Virus record (IMG/VR): IMGVR_UViG_3300044606_000240 | Coordinates: 1 to 51,301 of that record | Source of the DNA: a virus | Lineage: Duplodnaviria; Caudoviricetes | Strand: one strand, 5' to 3' | DNA: 51,301 nt | In this document: in pieces, positions 1 through 8,698 of the stretch | How positions within the stretch are numbered: the stretch's first letter is position 1 | How the letters are laid out: each line of letters begins with the position of its first letter | Notes under the pieces: model-generated | The model's database searches: none | Told to the model about the DNA's origin: nothing | What the model saw: only the letters and a program-made list of their open reading frames with translations | Position numbers and translations under genes: made by a program

Positions 1-189
1 AAAATAGTAGTTTTAGAATTCTGCATAATTCCATTGTTCATAAGAAAAAGTAGTTCTAATCAACACAAGTCCTTAACCGCAGGTGTTTAGTGCTGGACAA
101 TCCACCACATAGAAGTCTTCATCCTTAAAGTAATAAATTTCAACTAACGAAAATCAATATAAAAAACCAAAGTGTAAATTTCGCCTCAA

Positions 190-217
190 TTGTCCGATAA
201 TGTATATTATCACTCAT
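190..217. other. dif-like (XerC/XerD) site, candidate attP
   Basis: TTGTCCGATAA-TGTATA-TTATCACTCAT fits the 11-6-11 layout and shares the 14-nt core ATAATGTATATTAT with E. coli dif; outer XerD arm degenerate; intergenic. Confidence 0.5.
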
Positions 218-252
218 TCTGGGGAAATATATCCCTATATCAATGGTCAAAG

Positions 253-290
253 AAAAAAAATAAGCAACTATAACTTAATATAGCTGCTTA
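253..290 (-). terminator. Rho-independent terminator closing the leftward operon
   Basis: 12-bp stem TAAGCAGCTATA/TATAGTTGCTTA followed by T8 on the minus strand, just after the stop at 310. Confidence 0.8.
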
Positions 291-309
291 TTAATATCAA
301 GACCAGTTG

Positions 310-537
310 TTAGTTACTTGCTTTGATATCTATTGTGAACGTATCATACTTTATATCCGGATGCGTTAGAGTATAGAGTTTCCAAAAGGGCATTACTATA
401 ATTGCACTACATCCTGTTTTCCAAAAGAGTTTTCTCATGTTAAATGATAAAGTTGTATTTCGATAGCCTAAAGATAATAATATTTTTATTACTTCTTCTA
501 AACGTGTGAATGATTCGCATTTTATTCTCAGATACAT
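310..537 (-). CDS. small paralogous-family protein (array 1)
   Basis: MYLRIKC...ILLSLGY...IIVMPFWK; GGAG SD before ATG 537. Confidence 0.75.
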   Translation of the reverse strand: MYLRIKCESFTRLEEVIKILLSLGYRNTTLSFNMRKLFWKTGCSAIIVMPFWKLYTLTHPDIKYDTFTIDIKASN

Positions 538-538
538 A

Positions 539-802
539 CTATCTCCATAACATTTGAGAGCAGATAAACAATAATCCATTTGTTTCTATTACTTTTAAAA
601 AGTCTCCCTCTTTATTATCAAAGTAAAAGATTTTATTTTCTGGAATAATAATAATAAAATTGAGACCCATTTCGTAAGATGTAATAATTGAATCATTATT
701 AGGTTTATAATATGCATCAGTCCATTTATAATTATTAGCAATAAGAGTATGCGTCATATTTTTTAATTCTTCTATTGTATTTGCTTCTATTCTTATAATC
801 AT
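539..802 (-). CDS. small paralogous-family protein (array 1)
   Basis: MIIRIEA...LIANNYKW...IIIIPENK; AGGAG SD before ATG 802. Confidence 0.75.
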   Translation of the reverse strand: MIIRIEANTIEELKNMTHTLIANNYKWTDAYYKPNNDSIITSYEMGLNFIIIIPENKIFYFDNKEGDFLKVIETNGLLFICSQMLWR

Positions 803-810
803 AATATCTC

Positions 811-1086
811 CTATATATTGCCTGTATATCTGCAAAGATTTATTTCTTTGGTTATTACTTTTATGGCATGTATCCAATGACTTTCATCAGAACATGAATC
901 AAAAAAGAAACATCGTTCTTTAAAACTGATAGTCAGAGAATCTAATGCTTGTGATTCCCAGTGTCTTAGAATATCACCAGGTAAAGCCCTGTATCTTTCC
1001 ACACACCAGCAATATCCGAGACCCTGAAGTATATCTACAGCCTGCTGCATGGCAGTTAATTCTTTGAATTGAATTTTTATTATCAT
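811..1086 (-). CDS. small paralogous-family protein (array 1)
   Basis: MIIKIQF...ILQGLGYCW; ATGA overlap with upstream gene. Confidence 0.8.
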   Translation of the reverse strand: MIIKIQFKELTAMQQAVDILQGLGYCWCVERYRALPGDILRHWESQALDSLTISFKERCFFFDSCSDESHWIHAIKVITKEINLCRYTGNI

Positions 1087-1310
1087 AATTTACCCTGAAA
1101 TTGTATGACATAAGCATTTTTGTTATATAAGTTCGGCTCACTATATCTGATTACTTTTTGGGCAGGATAAATATATAACGGATACATATTCCACCTCATT
1201 ATAAATTCACTGTTCAAATTAGTAGTCCATTTAAAACCTAAAGCTTTAAATACTTTTATAGCATCTGTCACTAAATAATCGGACGTTTTTATTTCGATAG
1301 CTATTGTCAT
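1083..1310 (-). CDS. small paralogous-family protein (array 1)
   Basis: MTIAIEI...FKALGFKW...LYIYPAQK...FQGKL; ATGA overlap. Confidence 0.8.
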   Translation of the reverse strand: MTIAIEIKTSDYLVTDAIKVFKALGFKWTTNLNSEFIMRWNMYPLYIYPAQKVIRYSEPNLYNKNAYVIQFQGKL

Positions 1311-1582
1311 ATAATTTGTCCCTTAAATAGTATTTCATTTGTTCCAGGTTTATTCAGATACCAGCGGCCATATAAAAAACATTGCTTTTGAAAAGGTTGT
1401 ATGATAAGTATATTTGTCCGGTATGACTGAGATCTGAATTCAGAAGAGAAATCCCGGATAGACAGACCCCACATACTCCATGTATATTTTGATTTTATAA
1501 GATATTCTATAATATTACTTCTTCTGCAATTTTTTAAATCGATAATTATACATATACGATTTAATATACTATTATTATTCAT
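1307..1582 (-). CDS. small paralogous-family protein (array 1)
   Basis: ICIII...LIKSKYTW...LIIQPFQK...FKGQI; ATGA overlap. Confidence 0.75.
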   Translation of the reverse strand: MNNNSILNRICIIIDLKNCRRSNIIEYLIKSKYTWSMWGLSIRDFSSEFRSQSYRTNILIIQPFQKQCFLYGRWYLNKPGTNEILFKGQII

Positions 1583-1827
1583 ATCTTTCCCTCGAATATC
1601 ATCTTGATATTACAATCAAATTTAGGGGCAAATCTGAATAATACCTCTTTATTAATTGGATATATATCAAGCCCGTTTCGAAACATAGAATTTATAAAAT
1701 TTTCTTTATTTGAAATTAAACTACTCCCACACCAGGTATAATTCAAAGAAGTTAAAATTTCATAAATTTTAAAAATTTCCTGTTCTGATAATGTATCAGA
1801 AAGTGAAAAATAAAATGGTTTTTTCAT
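1579..1827 (-). CDS. small paralogous-family protein (array 1)
   Basis: FYFSL...ILTSLNYTW...LDIYPINK...FEGKI. Confidence 0.75.
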   Translation of the reverse strand: MKKPFYFSLSDTLSEQEIFKIYEILTSLNYTWCGSSLISNKENFINSMFRNGLDIYPINKEVLFRFAPKFDCNIKMIFEGKI

Positions 1828-1879
1828 AATAATGTTATGAATAGTGTATAAAATTAATTTAGAAGTGGTTTAGAGAGCT

Positions 1880-1930
1880 TTTAAGACCAGGTTTCCAGAA
1901 AGGCTGCTTACTATACTCCCTGGTCTTAAA
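1880..1930. repeat. 12-bp perfect inverted repeat
   Basis: TTTAAGACCAGG (1880-1891) / CCTGGTCTTAAA (1919-1930), 27-nt spacer, intergenic. Confidence 0.8.
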
Positions 1931-2062
1931 GTCCTTTTAAATGCCTATTTCTGTGCGTTCTGAGCTTCTTTAATGGCATCATCCAGCACATCAATTATTT
2001 GTGTTTTAATAATTGGAAATTCTTTCATTATATTAATTAATAATAGTATTAAGCTATCTTTA

Positions 2063-2389
2063 TCAAACCGTTGCAGTATTTGTTTCATTGCATTTCGTTA
2101 GTAATTTTAATAATTCATTATACCTGATAACAGCAAATATATCGCCTCTGTCTTCTTTAATAATCTGGACATCTACATTTTCGTTAGGTTTTACAAGTTC
2201 TCCAATATGTTTTCTTCTTTTGGCTTGTATTTTATAATCTTCAAGTAATATATCTACTTCTTCATGCTGTCCCAGTGATAATCCATTGGAAGCGTATGCT
2301 CTTTTGGCATTTAGACCAGCAGCTTTAGCAATATTGACTATATCTCTTTCAAAGTTGCTGCCTTTTCGTTTACTTGCTCTTCCTGTCAT
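2063..2389 (-). CDS. Hjc-like PD-(D/E)xK Holliday junction resolvase
   Basis: SKRKGSNFERDIV...EVDILL...IQAKR pattern; start at 2389 overlaps upstream stop (ATGA). Confidence 0.75.
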   Translation of the reverse strand: MTGRASKRKGSNFERDIVNIAKAAGLNAKRAYASNGLSLGQHEEVDILLEDYKIQAKRRKHIGELVKPNENVDVQIIKEDRGDIFAVIRYNELLKLLTKCNETNTATV

Positions 2390-2568
2390 GGCATTAATTG
2401 TCTCCATTGGCTAATACCAAGAGTTATCTGCAGAGAAAGAAAACTAAATCCTATTTCAAAATGCAGTCCCTCATAAGTACTGCCGGTAAATGTTAATCCA
2501 AATATCCACAATATTGTCATGGATACTGTACTGGCGTCTTTAGTATCGTATCTTTTTATTTTAATCAT
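2386..2568 (-). CDS. small hydrophobic hypothetical protein
   Basis: 60-aa ORF with ATGA overlaps at both ends. Confidence 0.6.
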   Translation of the reverse strand: MIKIKRYDTKDASTVSMTILWIFGLTFTGSTYEGLHFEIGFSFLSLQITLGISQWRQLMP

Positions 2569-3119
2569 GTAATCCTTACCGTTGGTGTAATACGCTTGTT
2601 TAAAGCAGGATGATTCTCCGGTAAATCAGATATCTTGAACTTTCTTACAGATTTGGATAACTTCTTTTTTAGATTATCATCTTTAACAGCTTCAAGCAGC
2701 TGATTATATTCTATCCATGATAGTCCGGGCAGTATATAATTTCCATATTCTTCCTCTATCAATTCTTCATTGATAGATTCAGTAACCATTGAATTAAACG
2801 GATGAAAATTATATTCATGACCTCTTAAAGATTTTCCATCGCAGTGATAATTAAGTCTTGTTTTGATTTTTTCAATTTCTGTTTCTGTTCTTTTAATTGC
2901 TGCATCAACAGCAAGCCCTCTTTGCTTTTTAATCATTTTTAGCTTAACTATATCTGCATCTAATTGTTCAAGTACATGGCCATAGCCATCTATTTTACTT
3001 TTAAGCTCTATTTCATTATTGTTCCAGTATAGCTCAAGAGCTTCATCGAGTACACCTTCATTTTCAATAGTAGCAGCAGACAATTCCTGTCTTTCTGCTA
3101 TTAATTCAGTTAATGTCAT
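2565..3119 (-). CDS. Siphovirus Gp157-like protein
   Basis: helical pattern ELKSKIDGYGHVLEQLDADI..LK; lies in recombination module. Confidence 0.7.
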   Translation of the reverse strand: MTLTELIAERQELSAATIENEGVLDEALELYWNNNEIELKSKIDGYGHVLEQLDADIVKLKMIKKQRGLAVDAAIKRTETEIEKIKTRLNYHCDGKSLRGHEYNFHPFNSMVTESINEELIEEEYGNYILPGLSWIEYNQLLEAVKDDNLKKKLSKSVRKFKISDLPENHPALNKRITPTVRIT

Positions 3120-3310
3120 TTCACTCCTTCATGTGTATAAATTCCCACAATAGCTGGTTTATCATCAAAGTATTGTACTCCATCAGTAGCTTCATTTACA
3201 TAATAGGGAGCAGAATCAAAATCTCTGATTTCAACTTCTATACCGTCTGGTATGTCAGTTGCCTCTATTATGCCATTCTCTATCGTTATTATTACCTTTT
3301 TCATATTCAC
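3116..3310 (-). CDS. hypothetical protein
   Basis: acidic ORF KVIITIENG...IEVEIRDFD coupled to neighbours. Confidence 0.65.
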   Translation of the reverse strand: MNMKKVIITIENGIIEATDIPDGIEVEIRDFDSAPYYVNEATDGVQYFDDKPAIVGIYTHEGVK

Positions 3311-3464
3311 TTTCCTTCTTTAATGGCCAAAAAAACTCACATTCTCCACTCTTGTAAGGAGAATCAAGAAAATATGTCTGCCTGTATGATGGAGTTACCA
3401 TATACCTGTAGCAGGTATTTTTTAAATGGCATGTTTTTAATCTGCACATCGTTATATCCGGCAT
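3255..3464 (-). CDS. small Cys-rich phage protein
   Basis: MPDITMC-x4-C-x5-CYRY...CEFFW. Confidence 0.7.
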   Translation of the reverse strand: MPDITMCRLKTCHLKNTCYRYMVTPSYRQTYFLDSPYKSGECEFFWPLKKESEYEKGNNNDREWHNRGN

Positions 3465-3466
3465 AA

Positions 3467-5209
3467 TTATTCCTTTAACTTATAAAATCTGAATGTATCC
3501 ATATTTACTCTAAACATGGCTTTAAAAGGCATTTCATCTCTTGCTTTCAGAGAATTTATTTCTCTGTATAGAGCAGTCTGGCTTCCTTCTATAGAAATTA
3601 CTTTATCTGCCATTTGTTCCATATCAGAATCTCCTTTACCTGAATGAACTCCAAGCTTTTTGGGATTACCTCTGTAATCCATAAGAGCACCTTTGGATAC
3701 ATGATGTACACCCATTACTATTATATTTCTTTCCATAGCAATAGCTTTAATTGTTTCAGCTATTTCTACTAATGGTGACTTTACAGAACTGGTATTCAGT
3801 CTGCCAACTGTATCAAGTACCACTATCTGTGGGGACACTTCATTAATGATTTTCTTTAAATCATCGAGACTTAATCTTCTGGACACATAATTTATATAAT
3901 CAATGGTAGAAGAAAGAGAATTATGATTCTTTTGATAATAATCATCTACTTCTGCTTTATTCATATCATTTTGTATTTGTATAAATCTCCTGTACATTAA
4001 TCTTGATCCTACTTCATTATCTATATAAAGAGCAGGTAAATTAGCTTTAAGTACAAGATTCTGCATCCATGCAGATTTATTAATACCTGTATCTCCTATA
4101 AGTAATACAAATTCCTGCGGATAAATCCAGAAGTCATTCATTCCATGCCATATATTAGCTAAGTTAATAGCCTGGCTTTTTATATCTGAATGTATGAATT
4201 CATGGTATTGTTTTTCCATATCAGCAGCACTTAATATTTCTGGTGTATAATTTTTTGTTTTAAAGTATATACACCTGCTGTCACAATATTTTTGCATTAC
4301 TTCATCATGACAGCTAAACCTATAAGCTTTTTGATATATGTATTTTACTGTTTGTTCAATTTCTTTTTCTTCCATACCGGCAGCCCAGTTTTTTATCATA
4401 GCTGTTATACCATCTAAAGGTATACCTGCACGTCTGAAAGCTGATACCATCCTGATAATCTTTACATGACGTGAACCGGACAAAGCGGGTTCGGTATATA
4501 ACTTTTGCATGCAGGTAACAATAGGGGTGTATTCATCGGCTATTGCTGGCTGCGCAGCATGTGAAGGATAAATAATTTTTGATTTGTATATCGCTGTTTG
4601 ATCTTCTCCTGCTCCAAATTCTGTCTTACGTGGTGTTTTGGCTGCAAGAAGAATATCTTCAATTTTAGCCTGCCGAAATTCTTCATAAGTGAAGCCTGTT
4701 TTGTATAAGTTACTTTTTTGATTTATTGTATTACCGACTCTTATTAGTCTTGCTCCATCGTATATATCATCTGCTTCGGGAAAATATTCAGTCAATGTAG
4801 CTTTAACAATATTTGGCAAATTATCAGAAGGTTCAAATCCGAATATATCTGGTATGACTATATGATAGCCTGAACCGGAAAACCAGATCTTTAAATTATC
4901 TTCATCTGTTTTCCAGTCATCAAGTAATTTATCAATGAACGCTCTTGCTCTTTCCAGTGTAAATTCAGCAGTATTAGAACCTTTATCTATATCGAACAAT
5001 ATACGTTTCAGATAATATTTTCCTTTATATGATCTGATACTTTTATATTTTTGAAAGTGATATACTATATCTTCATCAAATTCATAATAACTGCAATATA
5101 ATACCTGGTTGGTTGATTGTGCCTGTTTTATTAAAGAAGGAAGAGCACTTGTATTAAATACTCTTCCTCTGAACCGAATATCTCCCATAGCTACTTCAAC
5201 ATAACCCAT
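3467..5209 (-). CDS. AEP primase(-polymerase) fused to SF4/RecA-type helicase
   Basis: AEP motifs LFDID and FSGSGYH; Cys-rich helical middle; Walker A-like GDTGINKS, Walker B VVLDT, EQMADKV and KAR motifs. Confidence 0.85.
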   Translation of the reverse strand: MGYVEVAMGDIRFRGRVFNTSALPSLIKQAQSTNQVLYCSYYEFDEDIVYHFQKYKSIRSYKGKYYLKRILFDIDKGSNTAEFTLERARAFIDKLLDDWKTDEDNLKIWFSGSGYHIVIPDIFGFEPSDNLPNIVKATLTEYFPEADDIYDGARLIRVGNTINQKSNLYKTGFTYEEFRQAKIEDILLAAKTPRKTEFGAGEDQTAIYKSKIIYPSHAAQPAIADEYTPIVTCMQKLYTEPALSGSRHVKIIRMVSAFRRAGIPLDGITAMIKNWAAGMEEKEIEQTVKYIYQKAYRFSCHDEVMQKYCDSRCIYFKTKNYTPEILSAADMEKQYHEFIHSDIKSQAINLANIWHGMNDFWIYPQEFVLLIGDTGINKSAWMQNLVLKANLPALYIDNEVGSRLMYRRFIQIQNDMNKAEVDDYYQKNHNSLSSTIDYINYVSRRLSLDDLKKIINEVSPQIVVLDTVGRLNTSSVKSPLVEIAETIKAIAMERNIIVMGVHHVSKGALMDYRGNPKKLGVHSGKGDSDMEQMADKVISIEGSQTALYREINSLKARDEMPFKAMFRVNMDTFRFYKLKE

Positions 5210-5220
5210 TCAAACTCCGT

Positions 5221-5499
5221 TTAAAATAAATTCAACTGTGCCGGGAGATATTTAATCTTCCAGGTAGTTTCTCTTCTGTCTGGATATTTATCAGAGATAT
5301 CTTTTAATTCCAATCCTTCATGTTGAAGGTCTTCATCTGTACGGATATATCGCCAGATACGTGCATACGTACCCGGCGAATGGAGTATACCATGTCTCTG
5401 TAAGGCATAGTTTGGAACTTGTGTTTCTATATCTGAATTACGAAATTCGCTCTGAGTGCGTATCCAGCTCAGCAAAAGCTGCTTCACTGTTTTCCGCAT
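5221..5499 (-). CDS. hypothetical, possibly winged-helix protein
   Basis: basic 92-aa ORF in replication operon. Confidence 0.6.
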   Translation of the reverse strand: MRKTVKQLLLSWIRTQSEFRNSDIETQVPNYALQRHGILHSPGTYARIWRYIRTDEDLQHEGLELKDISDKYPDRRETTWKIKYLPAQLNLF

Positions 5500-5740
5500 A
5501 AAATGTTTCTAATTTTTGTATATATAAATTGGTGAGTTTATGTGAATAGTCAATAATATCTTCTGGTGTCATGTGTGTAATATATTGCAGTAGTGCCTGA
5601 GAAAAATTCATAAAGGCATATTCTCTTAAATTCATACCTCTTTGAGGGCCAAAAAATTTATTTTTAATTGTTGTTGCTTCCCTTGCAAATACTGGTTTTT
5701 GATTCAAATCTTCTATTTTATCATTACTGTTTGTATACAT
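5438..5740 (-). CDS. conserved phage hypothetical protein
   Basis: GMNLREY...QALL pattern common in small phage proteins; GGAG SD. Confidence 0.65.
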   Translation of the reverse strand: MYTNSNDKIEDLNQKPVFAREATTIKNKFFGPQRGMNLREYAFMNFSQALLQYITHMTPEDIIDYSHKLTNLYIQKLETFYAENSEAAFAELDTHSERIS

Positions 5741-5764
5741 CGTATCTCCGTTAATGGATAAATA

Positions 5765-5781
5765 GGGGAGACAAGCTCCCC
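5765..5781 (-). terminator. GC-rich hairpin after SSB-like gene
   Basis: GGGGAG-N5-CTCCCC, weak T-rich tail. Confidence 0.55.
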
Positions 5782-5788
5782 CTGAAAT

Positions 5789-6364
5789 CTACCAAATCTC
5801 TTCTTCCTTTTTGTCAGCATTAGCTCCAAAGTTGAAGCTGCTTTCATTATTGGTTAAAGCATCCGGCGTATAATCTTTGGGATAACCTTTCTTTAAACTG
5901 TCAAGGAATTCATTCTTCATTGTTCCTGCATCTGTATCAGGAGCAAAGTATGTATTCCATGTTTTATACCTGGGTTTGCCATCCTCTTTTAAACCGGCTA
6001 TATAAGTAATTTTATATAGCTCCTGGTTTGTTATTGATTTTAAATCTTCCAGATTAAATCTGCCGTTATCATCTACTTCTGCAGATATACTGCAGGTATG
6101 TAATAATTTTGCAATAGGAAATGCAGTGCCCCAACCGGTTACAATTCCTTTTTCGTCACGCTTATAATTACCTGCAAGCTGGATAGTCCAGTTTTCTTCT
6201 TTACCTGCATTGATTGTCAGTTCAAGTAATATATCTCTTGTATCGTCAAAATATTGTGCATTGTATTTTATATTGGCATCCATTATAGTAAACTTCTGGG
6301 CGTATACCCCATCCATAAGTTTTAATCCATTGTTGCTGCCAATATTATCAGTTCTTAATCCCAT
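5789..6364 (-). CDS. putative single-stranded DNA-binding protein
   Basis: follows Sak4-like gene; acidic tail ending EEEIW; AAGGA SD. Confidence 0.55.
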   Translation of the reverse strand: MGLRTDNIGSNNGLKLMDGVYAQKFTIMDANIKYNAQYFDDTRDILLELTINAGKEENWTIQLAGNYKRDEKGIVTGWGTAFPIAKLLHTCSISAEVDDNGRFNLEDLKSITNQELYKITYIAGLKEDGKPRYKTWNTYFAPDTDAGTMKNEFLDSLKKGYPKDYTPDALTNNESSFNFGANADKKEEEIW

Positions 6365-6376
6365 ATCTTTTTCCTT

Positions 6377-7150
6377 TTAAGCTGCTTTAGTTATTGGAAT
6401 TTGAATTTTACTTAATGATTTAAGTGAATAAGTTTTCCCTGTACCAGAGTTTCCAAGAATAAGTATCTTCAATGCAGGATAGCCTTCTGCAAGATTAAAT
6501 AATAATTCAAAATCCTGTGGTATGCAGCCATTATTCTGTGCTGCATATTCAGAGATTTTGTCTATTCTGGATTTGGCATCTCTTCTTTCATCTGCCAGTA
6601 CCTGCCAGAGATATTCTTTTTTACCCGGATTTTTAGGATCACTTTTTACGTGCGTGTATGCTATTATATCAAAATATCTGCCTACCTGCTCTTTCATTTT
6701 ACCTGTTAAACCAGGTACATACCTGATTATACCCAGATCGTCATCTTTTTCAGGTGCTACATGACTGATAATAATAGCATGTTTATCAGTTCTGGTTAAT
6801 AGTAATACCAAATCCTCTACTGCTTCTCCAAGTTCTCCATACTGGGGCAATGTAACTTTGGAACTTGTACCTTTCAATTCTTTTTTCTTATTAGCACTGA
6901 AAGCAGTAATGGAATCAAGCACTTCTATATCAATACCCGGCTTTGTACGCCAGTATTCTTCTTCCACATCTCCAAGAGCATCAGTTGTTTTAATTACTCC
7001 CGGTTTGTGGATGGATGCAAAGAACTCAAAAGCACTTTTAGTCTTAATAAACCTTCTTGGTTTATAACCAAAGTGCTGTTCTATTTGTTCATCGGAACCT
7101 ATTGATTTCAAGCCTCTGTCAAAATCATATACAATTATCTTTGGATTCAT
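6377..7150 (-). CDS. Sak4/AAA_24-family ATPase, circularly permuted
   Basis: IIVYDFDRG, Walker B EVLDSIT, IIISH, YFDIIAY, AKSR; Walker A ILILGNSGTGKT lies at the C-terminus. Confidence 0.8.
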   Translation of the reverse strand: MNPKIIVYDFDRGLKSIGSDEQIEQHFGYKPRRFIKTKSAFEFFASIHKPGVIKTTDALGDVEEEYWRTKPGIDIEVLDSITAFSANKKKELKGTSSKVTLPQYGELGEAVEDLVLLLTRTDKHAIIISHVAPEKDDDLGIIRYVPGLTGKMKEQVGRYFDIIAYTHVKSDPKNPGKKEYLWQVLADERRDAKSRIDKISEYAAQNNGCIPQDFELLFNLAEGYPALKILILGNSGTGKTYSLKSLSKIQIPITKAA

Positions 7151-7159
7151 ATTTCCTTT

Positions 7160-7405
7160 CTATGATGCGAGTAATATTTTTGCTATTGCCCGTTCATGTA
7201 ATTCATTCACTACACTACAATGACGTTTTCGAATATATAGTCCCTGTTCATCACCAACATCAACGGTATAATAATCCACCGCCAGAGGTGGCGGTTCAAT
7301 TCTAAATTTACGCTCATACTGAATTGCTTCTATTACTGAAAACTGTTGATTATTCATGCCGTGATACCAGCATTCAGGTGCTGATCCTATTATTCTGATT
7401 TGCAT
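7160..7405 (-). CDS. hypothetical protein
   Basis: 81-aa ORF in operon orientation. Confidence 0.6.
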   Translation of the reverse strand: MQIRIIGSAPECWYHGMNNQQFSVIEAIQYERKFRIEPPPLAVDYYTVDVGDEQGLYIRKRHCSVVNELHERAIAKILLAS

Positions 7406-7560
7406 AAGTCACCCTTTGATAGAATTGTGAATGTTTTTTGTGTAGATAAAATTGCCCCATATTTGGAAACTAAATTATCTGTTTTAAAATAGCAATACCA
7501 TTTATGACATTTTTAGCAGATTAAATCACAGGTATATACTATTTATCAGACTGATCAAGA

Positions 7561-7806
7561 TTAGTTAATCAGCCTGATACTATTTTGGGCATACTCGTAT
7601 GCTTTGATGTTTACTCTGTCCTTCTCTGAAATTTTTTCTCCTGTTTTAAGTTTGTAAATAGAACTCCTTATATGTTTATCATGTATAATTCGGTTTAATT
7701 CTCTATAGTTAAATTTCTGACATCTAACCATAGTTACAGGATTGGTACATACTTTTTTATTATAAAAAATAGCATCAAACAATTGATTTACCAGGTATTC
7801 TGTCAT
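7561..7806 (-). CDS. hypothetical protein
   Basis: 81-aa basic ORF overlapping peptidase end. Confidence 0.6.
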   Translation of the reverse strand: MTEYLVNQLFDAIFYNKKVCTNPVTMVRCQKFNYRELNRIIHDKHIRSSIYKLKTGEKISEKDRVNIKAYEYAQNSIRLIN

Positions 7807-8698
7807 CTTGATTTTTCTCCTTGTTTATATCAGTTTCGTAAGAGTTATTCCAGCAATCAGGGCAAATACCGTTTTCAAATGCTTCATAATCTTCATCTGT
7901 AAACATTTCTGCTAAAGATATTCTCTTACTGCATACCATGCAGTCAATAAAATGTCTACCATATTTTGTAATTAGTTTAGTAGGTTGAAAATAATATTCA
8001 TCATTATAGTAATCAATACGACTGCTCCATCGCCCGCCGAAGGGCTTATAAGACGGATCATATTCAAATTTGATTTTATTGTATTTATCATAAAATCGTT
8101 TGAACTTTTGCATATTGGCATATATGGTATCTACATCTGCATGTGCATTTAGTGTATGATAATCTTCATATCCAACACCTACATTAACACCAGAACAGCC
8201 AAGATGGCTTAGGGCAGCTATATCTGAAAATGTACCAAATCCTACTTTAAATCCTACAGATTCAAGCTTGGCTTGAAATTCAGGATTTTTATATTGATAA
8301 GTAACTACATCAGAACCTGCTCTATCGAATTCTACCATCCAGTTATATTGCTTTCCGGTTTCAAAATATTCAGCAGTTGATTTACCTCTTTCTTCACCCT
8401 CTGTAAAGAGTATATCGACATTTATACCGAGTTGAGGTAATACATCAAGAATAAGATACACCCCTAATCTGTCGTCAAGAACAGGGGAGAATATCAATTC
8501 ACAATGAGATAACTGTAATATAGAAAAATGCTTTGGTTCACATACTGAATCAAGATGTGCAACTGCAAGTATGTCAGAACCATTATCTTTATGATAATAT
8601 ATGCCTGTCGCTGTTGAATATTTATTTAATCCATACTGACTAAAGTGGTCTGTAGGTGTCTTAAATATTTTCTTCATGATTTTATAGTTAAGTTGCAT
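7775..8698 (-). CDS. M28/M20-like zinc peptidase with C-terminal CxxC pair
   Basis: AHLDSV, LDDRLG, GEERG, EFDR, SDI, YHT metal-binding motifs; CMVC...CPDC. Confidence 0.8.
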   Translation of the reverse strand: MQLNYKIMKKIFKTPTDHFSQYGLNKYSTATGIYYHKDNGSDILAVAHLDSVCEPKHFSILQLSHCELIFSPVLDDRLGVYLILDVLPQLGINVDILFTEGEERGKSTAEYFETGKQYNWMVEFDRAGSDVVTYQYKNPEFQAKLESVGFKVGFGTFSDIAALSHLGCSGVNVGVGYEDYHTLNAHADVDTIYANMQKFKRFYDKYNKIKFEYDPSYKPFGGRWSSRIDYYNDEYYFQPTKLITKYGRHFIDCMVCSKRISLAEMFTDEDYEAFENGICPDCWNNSYETDINKEKNQDDRIPGKSIV

